A DNA stretch of 64,000 bases from an uncultured delta proteobacterium (lineage in GTDB: Bacteria; Myxococcota_A; Polyangia; Polyangiales; Houyiibacteriaceae). Both the position numbers and the translations under genes were made by a program. Below are positions 20,384 through 30,072 of this stretch, piece by piece (positions within the stretch are counted from its first letter, which is position 1; each line of letters begins with the position of its first letter). The notes under the pieces were generated by a model that saw only the letters and a program-made list of their open reading frames with translations, searched no databases and had not been told where the DNA came from. Location of the stretch: positions 1,376,001 through 1,440,000 of the forward strand of contig CAVOVB010000001.1 of NCBI GenBank assembly GCA_963699755.1. The letters run 5' to 3'.

Positions 20384-20896
20384 CTACTCGGATTCATGCC
20401 AGAGCACTCTCAGCGCCCTCGGCAACTGCGGGCTTCCAAGCACATCGCAGCTCTCGCAAGCGATCGGGAAGTTTCCCTGATCGCAAGACTGACATTCTGT
20501 AAGCACGGACACCATTGCGGTGAGCTCCTCTCGCAGCTTACGGAGCTTTGCAATCTTCTGTTGCATGGTGTCGATTTGCTCGGTCAACACGTGGGACATC
20601 CGTTGGCTGGCTTCTTCGGGACAGTCACAGTCGGACTTGAGGCAAAACAAATCTTTGATGTTTTGCACGGATAAGCCGGCCTCCCGAAGGTCTAGGGCCA
20701 GTTGCAGTTTCATCAACTCCCGACCCGAAAAGAGCCGATGCCCGCAGGCGCTTCGGCGCTCGGGCTCGATGAGGCCTTCCTGCTCGTAAAAGCGCACCGT
20801 TCGAAGCGTGCTCTGACTGAGCCGCGCCATGTCTCCGGTGGTGAGCAAGTCGCCGCACGGAGATGGCTCGACTACTGGTGCTTGTGTATCGGTCAC
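20384..20896 (-). CDS. MerR family transcriptional regulator, Cys-rich C-terminus
   Basis: LTTGDMARLSQSTLRTVRFYEQEGLI HTH; CDC and CQSC...CESC. Confidence 0.9.
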   Translation of the reverse strand: MTDTQAPVVEPSPCGDLLTTGDMARLSQSTLRTVRFYEQEGLIEPERRSACGHRLFSGRELMKLQLALDLREAGLSVQNIKDLFCLKSDCDCPEEASQRMSHVLTEQIDTMQQKIAKLRKLREELTAMVSVLTECQSCDQGNFPIACESCDVLGSPQLPRALRVLWHESE

Positions 20897-20937
20897 GTAG
20901 GAAGCTCGAAAACGCCTGTGTTTCCAAGAGCTTGGGG

Positions 20938-20966
20938 AAATATGGAGGCCGGCGGGTTCATGTCAA
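20938..20966 (-). promoter_or_regulatory. Candidate sigma70 promoter for merR-lonN-ribA
   Basis: TTGACA followed 16-18 nt later by an AT-rich CATATTT. Confidence 0.35.
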
Positions 20967-21478
20967 GGCCCTGGGTCCATGCCCTCGGGATTGTTCAGCA
21001 AACTGAGATATGCCTGCTCGATCGCTTCAAAGCGCACAGTGAACGTATAGAAGTCCCGATCACGGACGTCGCCGTAAACCCAAAGCGCCTGCTCGACCCG
21101 GAGCTGATCCTCGGGTGCGCATTGCAGCTCCGCTCCCCAGTCGGACAGGTCTTGGCCCAGCAGCACTTCGAGCGCGATGCCGATCGGGTTGAAGGTCAGC
21201 GAGGAACGCTCGAAGTGCAGACGCCAGCGCGTGTAGTCCTCGGGGTCGGTGGCCCATTGTCCATCCTCGAACTGGCGGCGCAGGAGCTCGCCGAAGTAGG
21301 CGCCGCTCATCGGGGCGAGCAACGACACCAGCTCGGCTCTCGGGGAGTCGAGGAGCTCCGCGTAGTGATCGAGAATGGGGAGCGTGTCCGGACTCAAGTC
21401 GAGGTCCATCCCAGTGGCGTTCTTCGCCGAGGTTACGCAGGCTACGGTGAGGTCCATCACGAGCTTGTTGGTTTCCAT
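20963..21478 (-). CDS. Hypothetical protein
   Basis: LDLSPDTLPILDHY...GAYFGELLRR (DUF3806-like pattern). Confidence 0.7.
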   Translation of the reverse strand: METNKLVMDLTVACVTSAKNATGMDLDLSPDTLPILDHYAELLDSPRAELVSLLAPMSGAYFGELLRRQFEDGQWATDPEDYTRWRLHFERSSLTFNPIGIALEVLLGQDLSDWGAELQCAPEDQLRVEQALWVYGDVRDRDFYTFTVRFEAIEQAYLSLLNNPEGMDPGP

Positions 21479-21625
21479 GGGAATCGCACAATAGCGTGCT
21501 TCGCCCAACTGACCATCTCCCGATGCATGCACTAGGTCTGCGCTTGGATGCGGCTTTGAACCGCCACCCGTACACTGACTGCTCAGCTCGAGGCGGGCCC
21601 TCGGCTTGTGCAGGGCTCTCGGTTT

Positions 21626-22292
21626 ATGCCGGCCCCTCGGGCCGCACCCGCAAGGAACGGGTTCTTGTGTTTCGAGCGGAACCCGAGCCCAAAGAGGTCG
21701 AGATGCTTCGCGTCGTCAATGTCGGGGAAGACCCCGAACTTCGCGGGGCGGCTCTCGCCGGCACCTTGGACGAGCTCGATGAGGGTGAGCTCATCGACGT
21801 GCCTTTTGCCAATCATGACCCTCTCGCGCAGCAGCTCGTCCTGATGAGTCCTCATGCAGCACGCGGCCGCGAGCTGTCGGAGCGGGCAAAGCTAGTCGAT
21901 TCGCTGAGTGCGGTAGATGCACTTCGTCGCCTAGAGCGCTTCGAACAGTGGAGCAGTCCCGACGAGATCGAGGAGGCGCTCCCGGTCGTCAGCATCCCGA
22001 GGACGGCCTTCGAGCTTTCGAGGCAGCGCATCGTCTCAGATGGCGCACGGTTCGGCCTGGCATGTCCGACGGGCTCGCGCTCCAGGCGGTTCGCTTCGGC
22101 TGGGCTCCCAGTGCCCAAGAACTGGTGGCTTCGCTGGGACGCCGATTCGAGGAAATCCTGTCCTCCGCGTCTGCGCAGGGCCTCCGCGCGGCTCGGGGTC
22201 AGGCGAACCAAGAGGCTCTGGCGCGGCTTTCACACATACACGGTACTTCGACCCTCCCAGGCCTTTCGTGTACCATGCAGGTTTCGGGATAA
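21626..22292 (+). pseudogene. Probable frameshifted gene with CpXC-like N-terminal region
   Basis: VNVGEDPELR...VPFANHDP resembles CpXC; protein-like text switches frame at ~21630 and ~22061. Confidence 0.45.
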
Positions 22293-22306
22293 CTGGCGAA
22301 CCAACC

Positions 22307-23044
22307 ATGCGGCTCGGCATATTCAGCGACGTACATGCGAATCTCGAGGCCATGTCCTCCGTGATGGAGGCCTATGGCAGCGAGGACATCGATACCTATT
22401 ACTGCTTGGGCGACGTCGTCGGCTATGGCGGAAGCCCCAACGAGTGCGCTGACATCGTGCGCGACGTGGCTGAGGTCACCATCCTCGGAAACCACGATGC
22501 AGCGGTCGCCGGCCGGATGGACTACTCGTACTACTACGAAGCGGCCCGTCAGGCGCTCGACCTTCACGCACGCTCTCTGACGCCGGAGAACATGGCCTGG
22601 CTCAAAGCGCTTCCATACAAGTACGTCGTGGAGGGGACCGGCGTCGATCTTTGCCACGGCTCGCCGGTTCGGCTCGAGGAGTTCGAGTACATCTTCGCAC
22701 CAGACCAGGCAGCCGAGTGCCTGCCGATCTTGAACCAGCTCGGCCACATTACGCTCATCGGCCACTCGCACCTATGTAAGGTGTTCGCCCTTCGACCCGG
22801 GGAGGTGGAGGAGCTGCCGCCCGAAGATTTCGTCCTCGAGGATGGAACGAAGTACATCGTGAGTGTGGGCTCGGTAGGCCAACCGCGCGACTACGACAAT
22901 CGCGCGAGCTACACCGTCTACGACACAGACTCGCGCTCTTTCCATTTCAAGCGTATCGAGTACGACATCGAGGGCGCCGCCTCTAAGATCTTCGGCGCCA
23001 AGCTGGAACGGAACTTCGGACAGCGGCTCTTCATCGGCGTCTAA
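22307..23044 (+). CDS. Metallophosphoesterase (calcineurin-like)
   Basis: SDVHAN, LGDVVGYG, GNHD, HGSP, GHSH, GSVGQPRD. Confidence 0.93.
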   Translation: MRLGIFSDVHANLEAMSSVMEAYGSEDIDTYYCLGDVVGYGGSPNECADIVRDVAEVTILGNHDAAVAGRMDYSYYYEAARQALDLHARSLTPENMAWLKALPYKYVVEGTGVDLCHGSPVRLEEFEYIFAPDQAAECLPILNQLGHITLIGHSHLCKVFALRPGEVEELPPEDFVLEDGTKYIVSVGSVGQPRDYDNRASYTVYDTDSRSFHFKRIEYDIEGAASKIFGAKLERNFGQRLFIGV

Positions 23045-23062
23045 CAGGCCTATCGCCCAGCC

Positions 23063-24268
23063 TCAGGACCGAAGGAGCCCGCGCCAGGTCGGCTTGCCGT
23101 CCGCAGGTGCGTCGAGGGGGGGTGTCTGCATGGTGCCGAGGGCGCATGCGTACGCGCTGAGCCTCCCGCTCTCATGGAGGCGGGAGCGGAGCTCCGTGAT
23201 CGATGTGGGGTCTGCCCCGACGCACTTCAGACTCGATCCGATCGATTCCATCGCCTGGATGGCCTGGTCGAGCCCCTGAATCGGGACGATCGTCACATTG
23301 CGATAGCCGGGGCTCCAACGTATCTCCTGGGCTGGGCGGATGCCAAGAGCGTAGCTGGTGCCCTGAATCAGCGTTCCTTCGACCTCGGCCATTCCGCGCC
23401 ACTGTGCTTGCTCGGCGCCAACCGATGAGGGCAGTGGGCCCCTTGGGAGCGTGTCGCTCATCGGGTCGAGGCCCTCATCCGCCAGACGCCGGGCAAAGCC
23501 CTGGGCAGTGAGAGCGGGGGTTTGCTCGACATAGACCAGCTGCGGGGAGAGGCATCCGCGCTGGTCGTAGGCGCAAATGTCGAGAGAAAGCTGGGCGATG
23601 GTGTCACTCAGCCGCGCCTCGCCGAGCGCTTCTGCGCCACAGTACGCCGCGCTCACGCCGTGTCCGTGAGCAATGAGCCGGGCCTTGCCAACCCGGGCCG
23701 CGACCGCGGCGATCGTTTCGTCGCTTCCATAGACCGAAACGGCCTCGGCGCGCTCGACGAGGGCAGTCTCGCATTCGAGGTCACCTCCCGGGAACGTCAC
23801 CAGGTCGACTGCAGCCCCGAGGCGGGCGTCGGCGTCGCGTAGGGCGTCTCGGAGCATTGCGGGGAAGACGGTCTCCCTCGAAGAGGCTTTGACCAGGACG
23901 GGAACGCCCAAGAGTAGCGGGACGACGATGCCGCGCACCGAGGCAGTGAACACATTCCCCGCGAGCAGCAGCGAGAGCATCGAAATCGGAGCTTGCGGGC
24001 ATTCGAGACTTGCTCCGCGGGCCAGGGCGAGCAAGGCGTCCTCCGTCATCGTGTCGAGCGTCGTGCCGATTGCCCAGTCCACCATTGAAGTGCTGAGGCC
24101 CGTTGCTTGCGATAGCTCGGAGCGGCGTAGTCGCCCCCGTTGCGTCAGGGTCTTGGCCGCTCTGGCAAGCCAGAGTGCACGCTCTGCGCTGCCCACGGCG
24201 CGAATGGCGTCACGTGCATCCAGCACGGCGCTGGCTCGAGCTCGAATCGCCGAGGCGTCGTCGATCAC
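23063..24268 (-). CDS. Acyl-CoA/acyl-protein reductase (LuxC-like)
   Basis: AGNVF, VKASS, YGSDETI, HGHG, YDQRGCLSPQ (catalytic Cys); GTGA overlap with luxE-like gene. Confidence 0.87.
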   Translation of the reverse strand: MIDDASAIRARASAVLDARDAIRAVGSAERALWLARAAKTLTQRGRLRRSELSQATGLSTSMVDWAIGTTLDTMTEDALLALARGASLECPQAPISMLSLLLAGNVFTASVRGIVVPLLLGVPVLVKASSRETVFPAMLRDALRDADARLGAAVDLVTFPGGDLECETALVERAEAVSVYGSDETIAAVAARVGKARLIAHGHGVSAAYCGAEALGEARLSDTIAQLSLDICAYDQRGCLSPQLVYVEQTPALTAQGFARRLADEGLDPMSDTLPRGPLPSSVGAEQAQWRGMAEVEGTLIQGTSYALGIRPAQEIRWSPGYRNVTIVPIQGLDQAIQAMESIGSSLKCVGADPTSITELRSRLHESGRLSAYACALGTMQTPPLDAPADGKPTWRGLLRS

Positions 24269-25329
24269 CGTGCCCCCAGGGCCTGGTCTGCGGCAAGCGA
24301 GCAGCCGCGTGGCGTCGCGCCAGCGGCCCGCCCGAGCACGACGATCCCGTCGTCGGCACGTCGCGCCAGGTCGGCGGTTTGAATGCAGCATACCGAATCC
24401 AGATTCGCCGTGTCGTCGATTCGCAGGATTCCCACCGCGTTTCCTTCGACGGGTTGGAGAGTGTCGGGCTCCACCGGCGTTGCGCGCACCCAGGGCGGCA
24501 CCCAGAGCCTGCGAGGCCGAGCGGAACCCTCGATGACCTCCCGCAACGTCGTCTCGTACATCTGCGAGCTGAGCTCGGTCGCCCCGAACTCGTTGATGAT
24601 GAAGGGGGCAGCGATGCCGTAGCGATCTCCGAGCGCCCGAAGCAGTAGGTCGGAATCCACTTCGCGGGAACGCCCCTTGTAGCCACCGGTCTGCATGATT
24701 CGGCTCCCCGGTGCGAGCGCGAAGCGCTGATCGCCGAGCCCGTCCTCGGCATGTACGAACGCGAACGAAGTGCCGAGCAAGGCGATCGCCTCCCCTGACG
24801 CCTCTGCGCTCCGGAGCACCTCGGTGAGGCGCTCGAGGTCGAGCGCGCCGTGACGCCAGGCCCAGGTACAATCGGTCCCGAACCATTCGGCAAATCGCGC
24901 CAACATGTATTCGAGAGAGGAGTCGGGGGATTCGTCTTCTCTTGGAGCCAGCATCACGAGCGGTAGTCTATCGACATCTGGAAAAAGCATTCGGCGCGCT
25001 GCGGCGCGGGCTGCAAGGTCGTACAGACTCAGGTCGGCGTAGACGTGCACGCTGCGCTCGGATGAGGTCGTGCCTGAGCTCCGAAACAGGCGGACATCGT
25101 CTTCCTCAGGGTGCGCCGCGATTCGTCGAAACCGAAAGACGTCGGTTGGGAGGGCGGGCGGCCAGGCTCCGTGACGCTGCAATCGGCCGTATGCTGGGAT
25201 GCGACTCGCTTGCCATGCTCCGAGGTCTTCGATCAGCGCGTCCCGAAGTGCCGGATCGACGTGCTCGCCAGCCTCGAACGCTGTGATCAGCGCTTCGATT
25301 CGGCTCTTGAGGATGGTTCGTTGGGTCAC
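24265..25329 (-). CDS. Acyl-protein synthetase (LuxE-like)
   Basis: RSSGTT, TGGYKGR, EFGATEL, QTADL, LGR...RGCS C-terminal Cys. Confidence 0.88.
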   Translation of the reverse strand: MTQRTILKSRIEALITAFEAGEHVDPALRDALIEDLGAWQASRIPAYGRLQRHGAWPPALPTDVFRFRRIAAHPEEDDVRLFRSSGTTSSERSVHVYADLSLYDLAARAAARRMLFPDVDRLPLVMLAPREDESPDSSLEYMLARFAEWFGTDCTWAWRHGALDLERLTEVLRSAEASGEAIALLGTSFAFVHAEDGLGDQRFALAPGSRIMQTGGYKGRSREVDSDLLLRALGDRYGIAAPFIINEFGATELSSQMYETTLREVIEGSARPRRLWVPPWVRATPVEPDTLQPVEGNAVGILRIDDTANLDSVCCIQTADLARRADDGIVVLGRAAGATPRGCSLAADQALGAR

Positions 25330-26639
25330 GGGCCCCCGAGCGCGTCTCGCAGCGACGCGATGAAGCCCTCGACTTGCGGGTCGGTCACCGTGACCGGCGG
25401 CGCCAGCTGAATCACGTCGGCTTCCGCGCCCGCAGGTAGCACGAGATAGCCGAGTTCGAGGAGCGCGCGGCTGACGTTCAAGGCCTGCATGCTCGTTCGC
25501 AGTTGCAGTCCGAGCATCAGCCCCGCCTGACGTACTTCAGTCACGGAGGGGAGCTGCGCTTCGCGCAGCAGGGCAGCGAGCGCCCCGCCCCGAGCGGCGG
25601 CCCGCCGGGCGAGCTGGTCGCGTTCGATCAGCGCGATGGTGGCAAGCGCCGCTGAGGAACCCAGAGGATCGCCGAAAAACGTGCCCGTGTGAATCGCCTC
25701 GCGGTCCGGATGACCCCATGCCCGCATCACGTCTTCGCTCCCGATGCACGCGCTGACCGGCAGACCGCCACCAAGGGCCTTGCCCGCGCAGATCAGATCC
25801 GGGGTGACGCCTTCGTCGACCGATCGCCACCATGCACCGCAGCGGCCAAGCCCGGTGAAGATCTCATCGACGATCAGCAGCGCATCGTTTTGCTTGCACG
25901 CCCGGCCGAGCGCTTCGAGAAAGCCCGGCGGGGGCAAGCGAACACCCGCGCGTCCCTGAATGGGCTCGACGATCACCGCGCCGATGCTGCCCCAGTCGTC
26001 GGGCAGCGTTCCCAGAGCCGCGTCGACTCCGAGATTGTAAGCGGGCCAAGGTGCGAAGTGTATGTCGCGCTGCAGTTGTGCCAAAAAGGGTTCGCGGAAG
26101 CGCTTGGCAAACCCGGAGACCGCCAACGGACCGTGGCTTAGTCCGTGGTAGCTACCCTCGAATGCGACGACTCCGGTCTTGCCCGTCGCCATGACCGCGG
26201 TCTTGAGCGCCGCTGTGACAGCATCGGCGCCGCTGAGCGAAAGCATGGCCCTTGCTTGCGGCCATGGCGCCAGCGAACAGAGTCGTTCGAGAAGCTCGAT
26301 CTTCACGTCCGAGGGGTGTAGGTCGCCGAGCGCGTGCAAGAGTCGATCTGCTTGCCGCTTCACGGCGTCGACGACCTCTGGATGACGATGCCCGACGAAC
26401 GCCACGCCGAATCCCGATGTGAGGTCGACGTATCGGTTGCCATCGGCATCGATCACGTTCGCGCCCTGGGCCTCGACCCAGACGATCGGATCGTGACTCG
26501 CTCCCGTCAGTTCTTCGCGGCGTTTGCGTCGAGTGGTGAGCGCGGGGCACTCACTTGCCGCGAGGCGCTCTACCCAGGTTTGACCCGCCGCCGCCGGGAT
26601 CGGGCGTCGAATACGTGGAAGGGCTTCACCAGGCTTCAC
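25326..26639 (-). CDS. Class III (omega) aminotransferase, PLP-dependent
   Basis: FEGSYHG, VEPIQG, DEIFTGLGR, AGKALGGG, HTGTF. Confidence 0.93.
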   Translation of the reverse strand: MKPGEALPRIRRPIPAAAGQTWVERLAASECPALTTRRKRREELTGASHDPIVWVEAQGANVIDADGNRYVDLTSGFGVAFVGHRHPEVVDAVKRQADRLLHALGDLHPSDVKIELLERLCSLAPWPQARAMLSLSGADAVTAALKTAVMATGKTGVVAFEGSYHGLSHGPLAVSGFAKRFREPFLAQLQRDIHFAPWPAYNLGVDAALGTLPDDWGSIGAVIVEPIQGRAGVRLPPPGFLEALGRACKQNDALLIVDEIFTGLGRCGAWWRSVDEGVTPDLICAGKALGGGLPVSACIGSEDVMRAWGHPDREAIHTGTFFGDPLGSSAALATIALIERDQLARRAAARGGALAALLREAQLPSVTEVRQAGLMLGLQLRTSMQALNVSRALLELGYLVLPAGAEADVIQLAPPVTVTDPQVEGFIASLRDALGGP

Positions 26640-26655
26640 GCTGGTGTCTTAGCAC

Positions 26656-28107
26656 CTATTGGGCAAAGGGTTTCGGCTTCCACGGATAGAAGACGAAACC
26701 GTTTTCACGGGCTTTGCGAAGCATGTCATGCCCGTCGATGAGTAGAACGTCGACTTCCATGTCGTGACGGCGGCTGGCGTCGATGAGCTCTTTGATGATC
26801 GCGGTCACGTTGTCCCGAAAGTTGTCGGCGATCCGCAAGCCGACCGCCGGAGTCGGGTCTCCGCCTTTCCGCGCAACCTCGCAATAGGAGGCCCACTCGA
26901 TCTCGAAAAAGGCCCTCAGGACCTCGGCCATAGTCTTGAGCCAGTCCTCGTTCGGCGCCTCCTGCAGCTCTACCAGCTGGATTCCGTCTCCGATCGAGGG
27001 CCCTACGATTCGCTGCGGCTGCACCGTCCGCGGCTTCGCGTCGGGCTGCGTGAGCTCCTCCTCCTTGGGAGGGGCCGACGCCTTGGCTTTGGGGCTCACC
27101 GGCGGCGGTGGCCCGATGTGCGGGACCGCGGGCAGCCTCAGCTTCTGGGGATTAAATGAAGGCAGGGCCTGAGCGGCTGGTGCGGTCGGTGCATCGGAGT
27201 TGAGCCTTGGTGCATTGGAGCTCAAGGAACGATCTGATTCGGCGTCGCCTTGGTCCTTGGACGTGACGACCATCGACGGAGTGATCGGCATGGACGGCTG
27301 TCCGGCCGTTGGAAAGACGCTGGCCGCGCCATACGTACCGCCGTCACCCAGCTCGGCCTCGTCCGCCTGCACCTCCTCGATCTTCATGTTGGGGGGCTCA
27401 CTCTTGGGCTTGCGTGCAGGGCGCGAGCTCTTGCGCGGTGTCGACGCAGCCTGATCCTTCTTCGGCGCAGCCTCGCTTTGCTTGACGGCGGCCCGCGGCT
27501 GGGTCGGCGGCTCGCTATCATAGGGCATCGCGTACGGCTGCGTCGGCAGCTCGATCAGCGCCGTGATCTTTTCGGCTTCGCTTGGCCCCATGCTGTACAT
27601 GGTCGAGATCCGCTCGACTGGTGGTGGGAATGAGCTTTGCGCCGCCGTCTTCTCAGGCGCTGGCGGGGGTGGTGGTCGCGACGTCCGGAAGGGACCCGTG
27701 CTGTCCATCTCGCGAAGGATCGTCTTGAGCTCGCCGCGCTCGTATTCGAGCGAATGAGCCATGCCGATGTCGATCACGACGAAGGCATACTCACGTGTCC
27801 ACGCATGCCGCAGGATGTCTCCACCGATCGCGCGATGGGTCGCGATCGTTCCGTCGGCTTCCAGCCAGCCGAATTGCTCGGCCGTGGCCTTGAGCACCCT
27901 TTCCGAGCTGAATACCGCGAGAGCTTCTTCACCATTCGTATTGATCAGCGTGCGGAAGCCTTCCGCGCGTGGTTCCCAGGTCGCCAGCCAGACCGGTCGC
28001 AGCGAGAGCGCCTCGAGCGCCTCGGACTTCGGCCTCGCGCCTTTGGCGCCTTCGCGGAGCAGATCGCGAAATGCGTCGCTGCCCCGTTCATCTGCTGGGC
28101 TCTCCAT
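26656..28107 (-). CDS. SseB-like protein with long Pro/Ser/Thr-rich linker
   Basis: N-terminal GEEALAVFSS (SseB-like), low-complexity middle, C-terminal globular domain ending FVFYPWKPKPF. Confidence 0.65.
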   Translation of the reverse strand: MESPADERGSDAFRDLLREGAKGARPKSEALEALSLRPVWLATWEPRAEGFRTLINTNGEEALAVFSSERVLKATAEQFGWLEADGTIATHRAIGGDILRHAWTREYAFVVIDIGMAHSLEYERGELKTILREMDSTGPFRTSRPPPPPAPEKTAAQSSFPPPVERISTMYSMGPSEAEKITALIELPTQPYAMPYDSEPPTQPRAAVKQSEAAPKKDQAASTPRKSSRPARKPKSEPPNMKIEEVQADEAELGDGGTYGAASVFPTAGQPSMPITPSMVVTSKDQGDAESDRSLSSNAPRLNSDAPTAPAAQALPSFNPQKLRLPAVPHIGPPPPVSPKAKASAPPKEEELTQPDAKPRTVQPQRIVGPSIGDGIQLVELQEAPNEDWLKTMAEVLRAFFEIEWASYCEVARKGGDPTPAVGLRIADNFRDNVTAIIKELIDASRRHDMEVDVLLIDGHDMLRKARENGFVFYPWKPKPFAQ

Positions 28108-28175
28108 CCCGATCACACCATCCGATTCACATTGTAATCGTGAACCCGGACCGGATCGCAAGTTTTCTCAGACCC

Positions 28176-28203
28176 TTGACAGCTCCCTATCCACAGCTAG
28201 GCT
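28176..28203 (+). promoter_or_regulatory. Candidate promoter of tRNA-Phe
   Basis: TTGACA-16nt-TAGGCT followed by a GC-rich discriminator. Confidence 0.5.
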
Positions 28204-28220
28204 CCGCGCCTCAATTCCGG

Positions 28221-28293
28221 GCCCAGATAGCTCAGTTGGTAGAGCAGTGGACTGAAAATCCTCGTGTCCCTGGTTCGATTCCAGGTCTGGGCA
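28221..28293 (+). tRNA. tRNA-Phe (GAA), CCA not fully encoded
   Basis: GCCCAGA/TCTGGGC acceptor stem, GCTC/GAGC D stem, CTGAAAA loop, CCTGG-TTCGATT-CCAGG T arm. Confidence 0.96.
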
Positions 28294-28294
28294 C

Positions 28295-29986
28295 CTAGGC
28301 CGGCCGGCGCCGCCGCCTCATCAGGAGGGCGAACAAGGCCAGGCTGGGCCAGGTTGCCGCGTGGGAACGAGGCGACACCACCCCACATCCACACCCACTC
28401 GGCGAGGGGACCGTCGCGTTGTGTTTGGCCAGCGATTGGTCGATCGCGGCGGAGTTGTCTTGCACCACCGAACCGGGCCCGCTGGTCGTCAGCGAGAGGA
28501 CCAGCGCGTTGGCCGGCGGTGTGTCTTCTTCGCCGACGAGGAAGGGCCAGGGGGCGCCTGGGTTCAGACGAACGACGCGGCCATCCTCGAGCTCGAAGCG
28601 CGAAGGGGCCTCCCATCGGTAGAGGCTTCGATGACATTCGATCACGCGGCGGGCCGTGTGGATGTTGGACACCTCGGGGAGGTCGGGGTTGAAATCGAAC
28701 AGCGGGTCCAGGTCCATCTCGGGCGCTGACAGGGTCGTGTAGAAGCGGGTCACGTACGGTCGCGAAAGGATGAGCTCCTGCGTGCTGATCATCGGCTCGA
28801 CGACTTCCTCGCCGAGCGCGTCGATGAACGCCTGCTTGTCCAGGGCTTCGAAGGCCTCGGAATTGCAGCTGGGGCATCCCAAGAACGCATCCGCATCGAC
28901 ACCTTCTGGAAGAACGCGTTCAATCAGCCCTCGGTACCCGTCCCAGCCGATGAATCGACGGCTGCTCTCGGCGAGTAGCTCCGACGCGGTGAGAGCACCG
29001 GCGCTCATGCGCAGCGCCTCCCAGTCCAATCTCTCGAATTCGAGAACGAGGATGCCCTCATAGTCCGAGCTCGGACCGGCGCGCTCCGAGACGAAACCCT
29101 GTCCGCCGGCCTCGTTCGCCGCAGCAATGGCGACCTGATTGTAGTTGCGGCCCCCAGTGAGCCAGTTGATGAGCGCCTGGTTCAGCTCGAGCGCTTTGTA
29201 GTTGACGGGCACGGCGCGGCTTTCGCCGAGCACCCAGACCATCACGCCCATGTCATCGTTGGCCGCTACTGCGGTCGGCCGAATCGGAATCATCGGTTGG
29301 TCGGATTCGTAAGTGATCCAAACCGGGCGAATCGTGCCCGTGTCATTTCCTTTCGTGAGCCGAAACGCGAGCAGATTCATCGCCTCCTGCAGGTACTCGC
29401 CGAGGAGCCGTGCGATGTCGTTTGGGTCTCCGCCGGGTGGCACCACGTCGTAGCCTTCGCCAGTCAGCCATTGGACCGCGACGTCACCGACGTGCTCGAA
29501 GCTCGATTCGGGCTCGATCACCACGTAGTCGTAGGGACCGACGGTCCCAGCGGCGAGCACGTTGACGCCGCCGTTGCCGCCTGAGCCGCTATCGTTGAAA
29601 TTGCCTCCCGGCGCCCCGCTCGACGCGGAATCGTCTCCGCGCTCTTGCTTGCAACGGCCTTCGACTTCCGTCGTGAAGCCATATTGCGGGTTGCTCGCTT
29701 GTTGGAGCCGGGCAAACGCGAGGTCCGACGAGACCTTCACCTCTGGAATTCCGGGCACCGGCAATACCCAGGCGAACTTCTCCGAGGGCCCCTCGTATTG
29801 GATCTGGACGACGGCCGTCACCGTTTGATCTTCGTTCTTCGAGAAGATGATGCGCTCGGCTGCCTGATTGACCGGCGCGGTGGCGGAGCAAAAAAGCCCG
29901 CCACAGGCCTGAGCGGGCATGGGCTGGGCGAGCAGGGTCAGCAGGAGGGCCGATCCGAAACCAGGGAGCAGGCGCAATCTAGACAT
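28295..29986 (-). CDS. DUF2330 domain protein with MYXO-CTERM sorting signal
   Basis: Signal peptide, ACGGLFC, VNQAAERIIF, FAWVLPVP; C-terminal SGCGC-TM-RRRRR. Confidence 0.88.
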   Translation of the reverse strand: MSRLRLLPGFGSALLLTLLAQPMPAQACGGLFCSATAPVNQAAERIIFSKNEDQTVTAVVQIQYEGPSEKFAWVLPVPGIPEVKVSSDLAFARLQQASNPQYGFTTEVEGRCKQERGDDSASSGAPGGNFNDSGSGGNGGVNVLAAGTVGPYDYVVIEPESSFEHVGDVAVQWLTGEGYDVVPPGGDPNDIARLLGEYLQEAMNLLAFRLTKGNDTGTIRPVWITYESDQPMIPIRPTAVAANDDMGVMVWVLGESRAVPVNYKALELNQALINWLTGGRNYNQVAIAAANEAGGQGFVSERAGPSSDYEGILVLEFERLDWEALRMSAGALTASELLAESSRRFIGWDGYRGLIERVLPEGVDADAFLGCPSCNSEAFEALDKQAFIDALGEEVVEPMISTQELILSRPYVTRFYTTLSAPEMDLDPLFDFNPDLPEVSNIHTARRVIECHRSLYRWEAPSRFELEDGRVVRLNPGAPWPFLVGEEDTPPANALVLSLTTSGPGSVVQDNSAAIDQSLAKHNATVPSPSGCGCGVVSPRSHAATWPSLALFALLMRRRRRPA

Positions 29987-30072
29987 TTTAATCGTCCTTT
30001 TGGGGCGCTGGGCGCAGCTTGGCACAGGCGGAAGCCGATGTACCGAGGGAATCAGCAAGTGTCGTGCCAGCC

